From: Desulfobulbales bacterium
GTDB taxonomy: Bacteria > Desulfobacterota > Desulfobulbia > Desulfobulbales > Desulfocapsaceae
DNA length: 64,000 nucleotides
Assembly: GCA_038211245.1 (NCBI GenBank)
Contig: JBBQVT010000002.1
Coordinates: forward strand, 2,534-66,533
Reading direction: 5' to 3'
This document shows positions 9,479-19,216 of this stretch, piece by piece (position 1 is the stretch's first letter; each line of letters opens with the position of its first letter). The notes beneath the pieces were generated by a model. The model searched no databases. It worked only from the letters and a program-made list of their open reading frames with translations, and was not told where the DNA came from. A program made the translations under genes and the position numbers.

Positions 9479-11332
9479 ATGAAAGATCTTATCCTTGCAA
9501 TTCTTAACATTTTTAAATATGTCGGAAAAATTTTCTCATTAGTAAGAAATTTCATTTTTAACGTGCTGTTGTTGACATCTCTCGTCATTCTCCTCTTTAT
9601 TTTTATTCCGAAAGAGGTCTCACATATCCCTTCCCAAAGTATTCTCCGACTCGATATTTTTGGAGATATTGTTGAAGAGAAAAGGGTTCTTGGTTCAGTT
9701 GAAAAATTGTTTGGTGACTCAGTTGACCCGGATGCGGCAGAATCGGAGACCGCCCTGCAGGATATTCTTGATATCATCGACAACGCTGCGGGAGATGATC
9801 GGATCGTTGCCCTGCTTCTCAACCTCAAACATATGGATAATGCCGGGCTAAACCAGTTACAAACCATCGGTCAAGCCCTTGTCAATTTCAAGAAAACCGG
9901 AAAAACCATTACTGCCGCAGAGGACTATTACAGTCAATCGCAATACTATCTCGCCTCGTATGCCGATAAAATTTTCCTCAACCCCATGGGCGCAGTGGAT
10001 ATCCACGGTTTTGGCGTGTATCGCCTCTACTTTCGAGAGGCCATGGAAAAACTGGCAATCAACTACAACATCTTCAAGGTGGGGACATACAAATCGGCAC
10101 TTGAACCATTCACCAGAGACAATATGTCGCCGGAGGATCGTAAACAGAATGAAGTATGGCTGTCAGCTCTTTGGCAGGGATATAAAGATAACATCCAGCA
10201 ACAACGCAAGATATCGAAAGAAACCATAGAAAACTACACGACAAACATCGCCGAGGCTTTGCAGAGTACTGAGGGTGATACAGCACAACTCGCCATGAAA
10301 ACCGGACTTGTCGACCAGCTGGCGAATAGATCGGATATCACTGCCTACCTTACTGCCCTGGCGAAAAGCACCGATACTAAACCACCCATAGTTGGGTCTG
10401 CAGACTATTACAACTCCATCCTCCCGTCCTATAGCAAAATCGATTGGCAGGGGGATAAAATCGGCCTCATCATAGCCGAAGGCAATATTCTTCCCGGAAA
10501 ACAACCCGCCGGTCTGATAGGCGGGGATTCCCTGGCGGCACTCATTAAAAAGGCAAGAGAAGACAAACAGATCAAAGCACTGGTACTTCGTATCAATTCG
10601 GGTGGGGGCTCAGCATTTGCATCGGAAATCATTCGCCAGGAATTGCTGCTGCTGCAAAAAAAAGGTAAACCCGTAGTCGTTTCCATGGGCGCTGTTGCCG
10701 CCTCCGGTGGCTACTGGATAGCCGCCGATGCCGATGAAATATGGGCATCCGAGGCGACCATCACTGGCTCGATCGGCATTTTCGGGGTAATTCCTACTTT
10801 TGAAAAAACCTTGTCTTCTTTAGGGATCTATAGTGATGGCATTGGAACGACCCCCCTGGCGGCAGGAGTCGACCTCACCCAACCCCTGCCGGAGCCCTTA
10901 AAAGGAGCCATTCAACAAGCAATAACGCATAATTACGACCAGTTTCTGCAAATCGTCGCTACCGGCAGGGAGTTAGAGAAAGCTCGTGTCGGAGAACTAG
11001 CCGAGGGCCGGGTGTACGACGGCAAGGCGGCACTGGCAAATGGCCTCGTAGACAAACTGGGGTCACTTGACGAGGCTATCGACGCAGCGGCGAATCTCGC
11101 CGGCATTACCGACTATAACGCTGAATTGATTCGCCCAACGGCCTCTATCAAGGAGCAGATGCTGCAATTCTTTGCGGCCCATACAGCTCCACTTGCCGCC
11201 ATGCTGAATAAGGGTGACCATCCTGTGATGAACAAAATAAAAAAGATCCTCGAGAGCAAATTTTCCGAGTTTGTCCTCCTTGACGACCCGCGAGGGATAT
11301 ACGCCCACTGTCTCATCAAGCTAACTTTCTAA
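9479..11332 (+). CDS. sppA: Signal peptide peptidase SppA (protease IV, long form)
   Basis: N-terminal TM segment, QYYLASYAD, VGTYKSALEPF, LRINSGGGS, SMGAVAASGGYWI, TGSIGIFG. Confidence 0.96.
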   Translation: MKDLILAILNIFKYVGKIFSLVRNFIFNVLLLTSLVILLFIFIPKEVSHIPSQSILRLDIFGDIVEEKRVLGSVEKLFGDSVDPDAAESETALQDILDIIDNAAGDDRIVALLLNLKHMDNAGLNQLQTIGQALVNFKKTGKTITAAEDYYSQSQYYLASYADKIFLNPMGAVDIHGFGVYRLYFREAMEKLAINYNIFKVGTYKSALEPFTRDNMSPEDRKQNEVWLSALWQGYKDNIQQQRKISKETIENYTTNIAEALQSTEGDTAQLAMKTGLVDQLANRSDITAYLTALAKSTDTKPPIVGSADYYNSILPSYSKIDWQGDKIGLIIAEGNILPGKQPAGLIGGDSLAALIKKAREDKQIKALVLRINSGGGSAFASEIIRQELLLLQKKGKPVVVSMGAVAASGGYWIAADADEIWASEATITGSIGIFGVIPTFEKTLSSLGIYSDGIGTTPLAAGVDLTQPLPEPLKGAIQQAITHNYDQFLQIVATGRELEKARVGELAEGRVYDGKAALANGLVDKLGSLDEAIDAAANLAGITDYNAELIRPTASIKEQMLQFFAAHTAPLAAMLNKGDHPVMNKIKKILESKFSEFVLLDDPRGIYAHCLIKLTF

Positions 11333-11453
11333 AATAATTCTCCCAAAAGAAGAGCAGTGCCCGCTCTTTCTGTAAGGATGTTCAGCTCCTTTGGGAATTT
11401 ATGCGGAGGCAGTAATCAGTCTGCTTACATCTACAACCCACCAGATTTATTCA

Positions 11454-11855
11454 TTAAGCTTGAAAACCAAAGGAGTCCTCGTAGTCGAATTCAGGAATTT
11501 CGTTCATTGTGAACTCCACCCACTCCCAGGGGGCATCAAGAATTTTAAAACCGATATCCACATTACCTCTCCCTGCCCCCTGCCTTTTCCAGCATGGCTT
11601 TGCAAGTAACCGATAATGTTGCCCGCCACCCGACAAAATAGCCGTGTAGGTGTGTTTTTCCGCACTAAAGAAGCTGGGAATATCGGTAATCTTAAAACCA
11701 CCTGTGGAAATATCCTCAATGTTACCAACAATAACCAACTTTCCGTCGGCGAGGTCGCCTACAAATCCGGACAATCCTGCTCTCCGGTGTTTTCTCTTCA
11801 TCTGACCAAACCGAAAACCGCTGGACACTTGTAGGTCTTCTTCTAACTGATTCAT
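11454..11855 (-). CDS. Stand-alone PilZ domain protein (c-di-GMP receptor candidate)
   Basis: RKHRR (RxxxR) and DISTGG (DxSxxG) motifs. Confidence 0.8.
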   Translation of the reverse strand: MNQLEEDLQVSSGFRFGQMKRKHRRAGLSGFVGDLADGKLVIVGNIEDISTGGFKITDIPSFFSAEKHTYTAILSGGGQHYRLLAKPCWKRQGAGRGNVDIGFKILDAPWEWVEFTMNEIPEFDYEDSFGFQA

Positions 11856-12017
11856 GCCCACACCCTTTTCTAAATGAAATAACTGCACTCCATTTCACTT
11901 CCAATTATCGTAGAAGATATAGCACGTTCGTCGGACAATAAACACAGAAAGTAAATGAAAAATCCAATCCTGAGAAATTCTTCACTTAACCGTTTTCCGG
12001 CTGGCTTCCCCGCCTTG

Positions 12018-14924
12018 TTATTCGACGGTCGTAGACTGTTCTGCTGCTTGTGGAGATGATTCTCTCGGCACTACCCTAGCAACGGCGGCCTGGGAATTGA
12101 CCAGATATTGTCGTGCCAGTTGGGTCAGATCCTTTTGATCGATCGCCGAAAAATCACTGAGAATAGTTTTCGGCCACTCTAATTGCTGAGGATACCTGCT
12201 TGACAGTGCAAGGACTGAAGACAGCCAGTATTGATTGGTTCTGACAGTGTCGGTGATTGACGTCACCATCGGTCGCTTAGCGCGCAAGAGTTCATCGCTG
12301 CTTACTCCATTTTTTTTCAACTCATCAGTTATGCGCGATATTTCTCGAATGATCTCTTCTTCACGGCCCGGCTTGACAACCACTTGAGCCATCAAGAAAC
12401 CATATCCTTGGTAAACTCGGCTGTTGAAATTTGACACAGATGGAGAATACGCCGCGCCGAGGGTCTCCCGTATCACTTTTCTTACCCTGTCTTCAAGTAC
12501 ACTGGCCAACATATGCAACCTTCTCGTGCGTTGAATGTCCCAGAAATCATTGGTAGGCCAAGCGACCACAACGAGCGATTTATCCATCGAGGTATCAACA
12601 TCAATCTTGAGTGCTGCAGCCGCCGGGAAATGAACTGCCGGTGCATCGGAAACATGCGAATTTTGCGTTGTCATTCCGCCAAAATATTTTCCGAGGATTT
12701 TTTCCACTTCATCTGAACTGAAATCACCGACAATGGAAAGCTCCAAATCCTTTGGCTGAGAGAAGGAACGGACCCACTTTTCCACCACCGAATAATCTAG
12801 CTTGGCAATGTCTTTCCAGGGGGGGAGACCAAAATGGGGGTCGCCACCGGCCAGAAAGGGTTGCACATTGAGAACCATTGCCCCGTCAATTTCGCGGCTG
12901 ATTTTTTTATACATCATCTCAACTTTATGCATAACATTTGCAAACTGGTTTTCTCGAAAGCCCTGATCGCAAAGCATGGTTTGTAACAACTGGACCAACA
13001 ATTCCAAATCCTTTATCAGAGCGCTTCCAGTCCAGGTGAAGGCTGCTTCACCGATATGGAAATGCAAGTCAACAGAACTTCCGGCCACAAGTGCATCAAT
13101 CGCCGATTGCGGGAGCTTTCCGGAACCGGAAATATTAATGGTATCTTCGGCAAGCAAGGCCATTCCCGGAGCGGCTTCACTTTGTTTGCCTGCACCAAAA
13201 CTCGCCATCACCTGCACGCTGTTTTTCTTGTAATCGGTTTTTTTTAGATTGACGATAAGACCGTTTGCAAAAACCAATCGTTCAACATCAATTTCTTTTG
13301 AATAAATGCGTTGCGGAAGACTGTTAAACGAAGGAGAAACCGGCAGATAAGGGAACAGATCTTTTTGCCCCGCCTGAGGGCCTGCGACTTGCTCCTGAAC
13401 GGCTCGCCGGTAATGATCAGCAATAGTCTGTTGGCCATTGTCTCCCAACTGCGCGTCGCCGGTAACCGATACCAATCTGCTATCATGGTTCCATACCGCC
13501 CGAAATTTTTCATTGACCTGATCGGTGGTAACTCCTTCGACAATCGGACCATACAAGATTTTTTCTTGTTCCGCCGACTGATACACACGGTTACTCTCCA
13601 GATGTCTGAGTATTTTATTGGCAATCTTGCGCGAATCTTCGGATTTAGCGGTGAGGGCGCCGGCATCAAGGTCTGCCAATATTTCTTTTTTGCTTCGCGC
13701 CACTTCCTGATCGGAAAAGCCGTACTGTATTGCCTGCCGCAGAGTCCTGTCGAGAAAGGCCAGGCTGTCATGCCATTTTCCATTCTCGGTTTGGGCAGCA
13801 ATAGTGCCATGTCCGATACGCTCTATGATATCTCCGGAGCTGTAGGAGGCGCGCGTAAAGGGGGAGTCCTTTTCTTCCTGCAACCGCTGTAATCGATAAC
13901 CCATAATCATCGTACCCATCGACCGTAAGATTTCCTCGGTTTCCAGTTGCAGCGAATCATTCACTAACGGCAAATCCCGAAAAGATTCTATGGACACATG
14001 AGTTTTGCCCAATTCCGGTTCAAAATGATAGAAGGTCTCGATCCCCTTATGCGCCAATTTTCCAAAACCAGGACATTCAGGCTTTATACCGAGTGGAGAG
14101 AGGTGTGAAAAATGTTTCTCGACGAGTTGTTCTGCATTCTTCGGATCCATATCGCCAACGACGATAAGAACCATGTTTTCCGGGCGATACCAAGAATCGT
14201 AAAATGTTTTAAGTATTGTTCGATCTGCCTGCTGCAAAATGCTATCAAGCCCGATAACCATTCTTTCCGCCAATCTCGTCCCGCGAAAGGCAAACTCCAT
14301 GCTGGCCACCTGCGTTCTATAGGAGGCCGAATCCCTGGCGCGCTTTTCTGCGAGAATCACCCCGCGCTCGTTATTGATCTGCTCATCATCCAGTTTTGCG
14401 CGACGGGCATAATCGGCCATGACAGAAAAACCGGCATTCAATTCCTTTTCAGAGCCGCTCGGTAAAATGAGGTTATAGACTGTCTGGTTTAAGGTAGTGT
14501 GGGCATTGGCATCATCGCCAAAACTCATACCAATGGATTGAAAATACTCGACCAGACTCCCCGCCGGATAATTGTCTGTCCCTTTAAACATCATATGTTC
14601 AAGGAAGTGGGCCACTCCCCGCTGAGAATCCGTTTCATTTAAGGAGCCGGTTTTAACGTAAAGAAATACCGCCACCCGATTTTTGGGCTCCTGATTCCGT
14701 TTTACAACGTAGCGAAAGCCATTTGCCAATTCACCTTGGTGTAACTCCGGGTCAAGCGCCAGATCACTGGCTGCCGATGGCCAGATCGAAGGTAGACAAA
14801 CCTTGTCACCGGAAATTATCTCGGCAGAGCACGTTGTATCTGAGGAAAGAGTGACGAAGAAGCAAAATAAGAAAATGGCGCTTGCGAAGATTTTGGTTAT
14901 TATATGAAGGCCTTTTTTGATCAT
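12018..14924 (-). CDS. M16 family zinc metallopeptidase (PqqL-like), exported
   Basis: Signal-like N-terminus, LANGFRY, GSLNE, AHFLEHMMF (HxxEH), NAHT, ERGVILAE, WYRPENM. Confidence 0.93.
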   Translation of the reverse strand: MIKKGLHIITKIFASAIFLFCFFVTLSSDTTCSAEIISGDKVCLPSIWPSAASDLALDPELHQGELANGFRYVVKRNQEPKNRVAVFLYVKTGSLNETDSQRGVAHFLEHMMFKGTDNYPAGSLVEYFQSIGMSFGDDANAHTTLNQTVYNLILPSGSEKELNAGFSVMADYARRAKLDDEQINNERGVILAEKRARDSASYRTQVASMEFAFRGTRLAERMVIGLDSILQQADRTILKTFYDSWYRPENMVLIVVGDMDPKNAEQLVEKHFSHLSPLGIKPECPGFGKLAHKGIETFYHFEPELGKTHVSIESFRDLPLVNDSLQLETEEILRSMGTMIMGYRLQRLQEEKDSPFTRASYSSGDIIERIGHGTIAAQTENGKWHDSLAFLDRTLRQAIQYGFSDQEVARSKKEILADLDAGALTAKSEDSRKIANKILRHLESNRVYQSAEQEKILYGPIVEGVTTDQVNEKFRAVWNHDSRLVSVTGDAQLGDNGQQTIADHYRRAVQEQVAGPQAGQKDLFPYLPVSPSFNSLPQRIYSKEIDVERLVFANGLIVNLKKTDYKKNSVQVMASFGAGKQSEAAPGMALLAEDTINISGSGKLPQSAIDALVAGSSVDLHFHIGEAAFTWTGSALIKDLELLVQLLQTMLCDQGFRENQFANVMHKVEMMYKKISREIDGAMVLNVQPFLAGGDPHFGLPPWKDIAKLDYSVVEKWVRSFSQPKDLELSIVGDFSSDEVEKILGKYFGGMTTQNSHVSDAPAVHFPAAAALKIDVDTSMDKSLVVVAWPTNDFWDIQRTRRLHMLASVLEDRVRKVIRETLGAAYSPSVSNFNSRVYQGYGFLMAQVVVKPGREEEIIREISRITDELKKNGVSSDELLRAKRPMVTSITDTVRTNQYWLSSVLALSSRYPQQLEWPKTILSDFSAIDQKDLTQLARQYLVNSQAAVARVVPRESSPQAAEQSTTVE

Positions 14925-15214
14925 TTTAATCCTTGAGTCCTTATGCGCTAAAATTCACGAAATAAAAATATGTATGAGTCTTTGAGAAGAATGATCAGCT
15001 AGGCTAACAATAACAATTAATCTCGACAGCGAAACCTGAGAGATGAAGTTAGTACCTTAGAAATTCATCATATCTCAAGATTTTCACCAGTTGATATATT
15101 TCAAAGATCAATCTAAAAACAGCTTTTTTTCAGAACGAGAGTGGTGTAGTAGTATTCCCTCTTTCAACCCTTTCGTTTCCTCGTGCAAGCCACCCATGGA
15201 CAAGCCAACCAGCT

Positions 15215-16138
15215 ATGAGCATCAAACATAAACTCGAATACTTGCTGCTGAGATCCGTCATCTTTTTCATAAATCTCCTCCCTGTCCCGGTAATTCTCAC
15301 CCTTTGCACGGCCTTTGGCTACCTGGCATGGGTGATTTTCCCCTTCCGCATCAAGGTTGCTTACAAAAATCTCTCGACTGTCTTTCCGGAACTTACGCAC
15401 GGGGAGAAATTACGTCTATTGCGTAAAGTATACCTCCAGTTCACCAGAACATTTGGTCTGGTTTTTATACTTCACAGGAAAAGTCTCACCAAGTTGGTAA
15501 AAAATACCCGGATAACGGGGAGAGACAAAATTGATCGTGCGCTACAAGGCGGAAAAGGGGTGATTCTTACGACCATCCATGCCAGTTGGTTTGAAGCGTA
15601 TTTTGCATGGTTCAACATTGCAAATCTGCCGACAAGCCTCATTTATCAAAAGCAAAGCAACCCCCTGTCCGACGATTTTTTCGTGCAGCAGCGCCGACGC
15701 TACGGAACGAGCCTCACGCACCTTAGCAGTTATGACGGAATGAGGTTATACGAAAATGCCCTGCATGATAACCGACTGCTCATCGTCAGCCTTGACCAAA
15801 GCTACACCAGTCGCGGCGCAAGTGTGTTGTTTTTCAACCGCCCGCTGTCCTGCGCCAAAGGGGTGGCAATCCTCCACCAAAGAACCGGCGCCCCTGTTTT
15901 CACAAGTGTCTATTACATGAAAGACGGGGAACTGCATATCGATTTTGATGAAGTCTTGCTACCACACTACGATGAAATCAATGACCAAAGCATCGTCGAT
16001 ATCTCTTCCCGCTGCGTTCAACTCTATCAGCCTTTTATAAGGGCATATCCGGAACAGTGGTTCAGTCTCTTTCACCGTCTGTGGAGCAAAAAAGACTATC
16101 CACCGGTGAAAAGATCGATCAGACAGATATTTTTTTAA
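15215..16138 (+). CDS. Lipid A late acyltransferase (LpxL/HtrB-like)
   Basis: GVILTTIHASWFE (Hx4E), DQ motif, PEQWF..HRLW; next to msbA. Confidence 0.85.
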   Translation: MSIKHKLEYLLLRSVIFFINLLPVPVILTLCTAFGYLAWVIFPFRIKVAYKNLSTVFPELTHGEKLRLLRKVYLQFTRTFGLVFILHRKSLTKLVKNTRITGRDKIDRALQGGKGVILTTIHASWFEAYFAWFNIANLPTSLIYQKQSNPLSDDFFVQQRRRYGTSLTHLSSYDGMRLYENALHDNRLLIVSLDQSYTSRGASVLFFNRPLSCAKGVAILHQRTGAPVFTSVYYMKDGELHIDFDEVLLPHYDEINDQSIVDISSRCVQLYQPFIRAYPEQWFSLFHRLWSKKDYPPVKRSIRQIFF

Positions 16139-16274
16139 ATATTGCTTCAGAATTGAAGATCGCTGGTGTATTACTAAGAGCGTTCCCAAGAAATTAAATT
16201 ATCGACCTTCGGCAGTAGAAAGCTTTTTTAGTTTCCCACTGCCTTTTTCATTTTTCACTCTAGCCCATCACCCC

Positions 16275-18002
16275 ATGACCAACAAAGAAATACTTAAGCG
16301 CTTATATAGAGTTATTTTCCCTTATCAGCACAAACTCCTGATCGCTATGCTCGCCATGATCTGTGTAGCCGCTTTTACCGGTGCGCAGTCTTACTTAGTG
16401 AAAGATCTCCTCGACAAGATCTTCATGGAAAAAAATATCTTTTTCCTGAAAATGCTGCCTCTTGTTGTGGTCATTATCTTTTTCCTCAAAGGAGTTGCCT
16501 ACTATATTTACACCCTTTTGCTCGAACAGGTTGGCCAATCGATCATTCGCGATTTTCGTCTGGATATCTTCAACCATATCCACAAACAATCGCTGTCTTT
16601 TTTTAACAAGATGCCGACCGGAACTCTGATGTCGCGTATAATTTCCGACGTCACCCTGCTGCAACAAGCGGTATCTAATGCCCTGGTTGGATCGGTCCGA
16701 GACTTTTTTCAGGTGATTATCCTGCTCGGCGTCGTTTTTTTCATGAATTGGCGCCTGGCCATGATTTCCTTCGTCATTTTACCGATCGCCGCCTACCCGA
16801 TAGTAAAATTCGGCCGTCTTTTCCGAAAACTGAGCACCTCCACGCAAGAGGAAGTGGCGAATGTCTCGAACATCCTCCATGAAACGATCACCGGCCACCG
16901 CATCGTCAAGGCTTTTTCTAAGGAAGAATATGAGGGAAAGCGTTTTTTTCAACAGGTGAACAAGTTATTAACCCTCACCATGAAAGATGCCAAATACCGT
17001 TGCATGCAGCATCCACTGATGGAGTTTATCGGCGGTGGGGCCATTGCTCTGATTATCTGGTTTGGCGGCAATGAGGTTATCAGGGGGAGTGCCACCCCGG
17101 GAACTTTTTTTGCCTTTCTTGTGGCACTGATCGCCGCCTACGAACCGGTCAAGGGTGTTACTCGCATCAACTCGACTATTCAGCAGGGCCTTGCCGCTGC
17201 CACCCGGGTTTTCGCCATTCTCGATATTGAACCGGAAATTCACGATAAAAAGGGTGCAATGCCGCTGCCGCCGTTCACTTCGGTGATTGAATTTTCAAAC
17301 CTTACCTTTCGTTATAATGACGAATCCCCGGTTTTGTCGAATATCAACATTAGGGTTCCGGTCGGCGAAGCCTTGGCTATTGTCGGTCCGAGCGGAGGAG
17401 GAAAAACCACCTTCACCAACCTCATTCCCCGTTTTCTTGATCTCAAGGAAGGGAGTATCAAAATTGACGGCACCGACATCCGGGATGTCACGGTCGCCTC
17501 TCTTCGCAGCCAGATTGCCATGGTAACACAGCAGACGATCCTCTTTAACGATACCGTACGCAGCAATATTGCCTATGGGGATCAACAAGCCTCGGAGCAA
17601 AAGATTCGCGATGCTGCGCAAGCGGCCTACGCCCTTGAGTTCATCGAAACTCTTCCCCATGGTTTTGACACCGTTATCGGCGAGGGAGGGGCAAGGCTTT
17701 CCGGCGGTGAACGTCAACGCCTCTCAATCGCCCGAGCAATATTAAAAAATGCGCCGATTCTCATCCTCGATGAGGCAACCTCAGCCCTCGATACCGAATC
17801 GGAAAGAGAGGTCCAGAAGGCGCTGGAAAATCTCATGAAGAATCGTACCACCTTTGTTATTGCCCATCGTCTCTCAACAATTAAAAATGCCTCAAGAATA
17901 ATTGTCATCAAGGATGGAGCTATCGTCGAACAGGGCACCCATGATACCCTCATTGCCCGGAAAGGCGAGTATGAGCTGCTGTACAACATGCAATACAAAT
18001 AA
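16275..18002 (+). CDS. msbA: Lipid A-core flippase ABC transporter MsbA
   Basis: ABC TM domain plus NBD (GPSGGGKT, LSGGERQR, ILDEATSALD); LPS gene context. Confidence 0.88.
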   Translation: MTNKEILKRLYRVIFPYQHKLLIAMLAMICVAAFTGAQSYLVKDLLDKIFMEKNIFFLKMLPLVVVIIFFLKGVAYYIYTLLLEQVGQSIIRDFRLDIFNHIHKQSLSFFNKMPTGTLMSRIISDVTLLQQAVSNALVGSVRDFFQVIILLGVVFFMNWRLAMISFVILPIAAYPIVKFGRLFRKLSTSTQEEVANVSNILHETITGHRIVKAFSKEEYEGKRFFQQVNKLLTLTMKDAKYRCMQHPLMEFIGGGAIALIIWFGGNEVIRGSATPGTFFAFLVALIAAYEPVKGVTRINSTIQQGLAAATRVFAILDIEPEIHDKKGAMPLPPFTSVIEFSNLTFRYNDESPVLSNINIRVPVGEALAIVGPSGGGKTTFTNLIPRFLDLKEGSIKIDGTDIRDVTVASLRSQIAMVTQQTILFNDTVRSNIAYGDQQASEQKIRDAAQAAYALEFIETLPHGFDTVIGEGGARLSGGERQRLSIARAILKNAPILILDEATSALDTESEREVQKALENLMKNRTTFVIAHRLSTIKNASRIIVIKDGAIVEQGTHDTLIARKGEYELLYNMQYK

Positions 18003-19201
18003 TGAAAAAATTCGCACACTATCGCAACATGACAAGCACGGCAGGGATTTTCTGTGTCGTTCTTTCGTGCTTTTTCATCCCCTTTTCCACCTCCCTCATG
18101 GGGGCAACAGCAACCCTTGCTGCAGTTTTCTGGGTGTTATCAGGCGATGTCTCGTCCCTTCCCCAACTCATGAAGAAAAATGTGTCGGTAAGTTTGGCCA
18201 TAGCTTTGTTTCTGTTGCTTATCATCGGCTTGACCTACACGCCAGTGCCGTTGAATGATGCCCTGGATTTTCTCAAAAAATATCGAAAAATCTTATATTT
18301 TGCCATGGTTGTCTCCATTTTCAGGGACAACGTAGGGGCAGCTCGGCTGGCCGAGGACAGCTTTATTGCCGGCTGTATCGTCCTACTTTTCATATCCTAT
18401 AGTATCTTGTTCTCAATCATTCCCTCCGATCGCTTCGGCTTTTCGGTAGTGTATCATATTACCCACAGTCTGTTCATGGCGATCCTTGCCTTCTGGTGCC
18501 TGCAAAGGATGTTTGAATCCAGGCAATACATCTATTTATGGTTGGGCCTCTTTCTTCTCGCCACCATTAACCTTTTTTATATCGCACCCGGCCGAACCGG
18601 AATGCTGATATATATTGCCCTTATCATCCTCACCCTCTTCCAGCGTCTCTCATGGAAAAAATTGCTGCCGGCAACAATTCTCGTGTCAATAATCGTTGGT
18701 ATCACTTTTTTCACTTCCAGCAATTTTTCAACAAGGGTAAATGAGGCGGTCGACGAAATGAGGGGGTATCAAGCAGAATCTTCTAGAACCTCCCTTGGCA
18801 TGCGATTCGACTGGTGGCAAAACAGCATCGATATTGTCAGGCAAAAGCCGATTTTCGGGCACGGCACGGGGTCTTTTCAAGCAGTCCAGGAAAATCTGAT
18901 CAAGGATGGCGACACCCAATCGACGGACAACCCACACAACGAATATCTGTTTCTGGCCGTTCAGGCGGGTCTTGTAGGCTTGTTTTTATTCGTAACCCTT
19001 CTTGTCGTTCAGTTTATCGCCTCTTTTAGCCTTCAACCGCCAAGGAAATACCTTTTGCAAGGAGTCGTTGTCGCGATGTCGGTGGGTTGCCTTATGAATT
19101 CATTTCTTTTTGATTCCCATTCTGGCCATTTTTATGCGATAATGTCAGCGATTTTGACTATTCCGTCGATAAAAACCAACAGCCATCTCTGCAGATATTA
19201 A
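18002..19201 (+). CDS. O-antigen ligase family (WaaL/Wzy_C) membrane protein
   Basis: Polytopic membrane protein with GRTG, SLGMR..WW, PIFGHGTG and NPHNEYL motifs. Confidence 0.88.
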   Translation: MKKFAHYRNMTSTAGIFCVVLSCFFIPFSTSLMGATATLAAVFWVLSGDVSSLPQLMKKNVSVSLAIALFLLLIIGLTYTPVPLNDALDFLKKYRKILYFAMVVSIFRDNVGAARLAEDSFIAGCIVLLFISYSILFSIIPSDRFGFSVVYHITHSLFMAILAFWCLQRMFESRQYIYLWLGLFLLATINLFYIAPGRTGMLIYIALIILTLFQRLSWKKLLPATILVSIIVGITFFTSSNFSTRVNEAVDEMRGYQAESSRTSLGMRFDWWQNSIDIVRQKPIFGHGTGSFQAVQENLIKDGDTQSTDNPHNEYLFLAVQAGLVGLFLFVTLLVVQFIASFSLQPPRKYLLQGVVVAMSVGCLMNSFLFDSHSGHFYAIMSAILTIPSIKTNSHLCRY

Positions 19202-19216
19202 AAACAAGTTTCCGCT

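Noticed and set aside
14925-15214. Long intergenic regions (also 39602-39947 and 53233-53554) checked for a c-di-GMP-I riboswitch, tRNA or sRNA
   Set aside because: No GGCAAAC/GAAA/GACGCAAAGC signature or cloverleaf was seen by eye; an Infernal/Rfam scan would be needed to exclude weaker RNAs.
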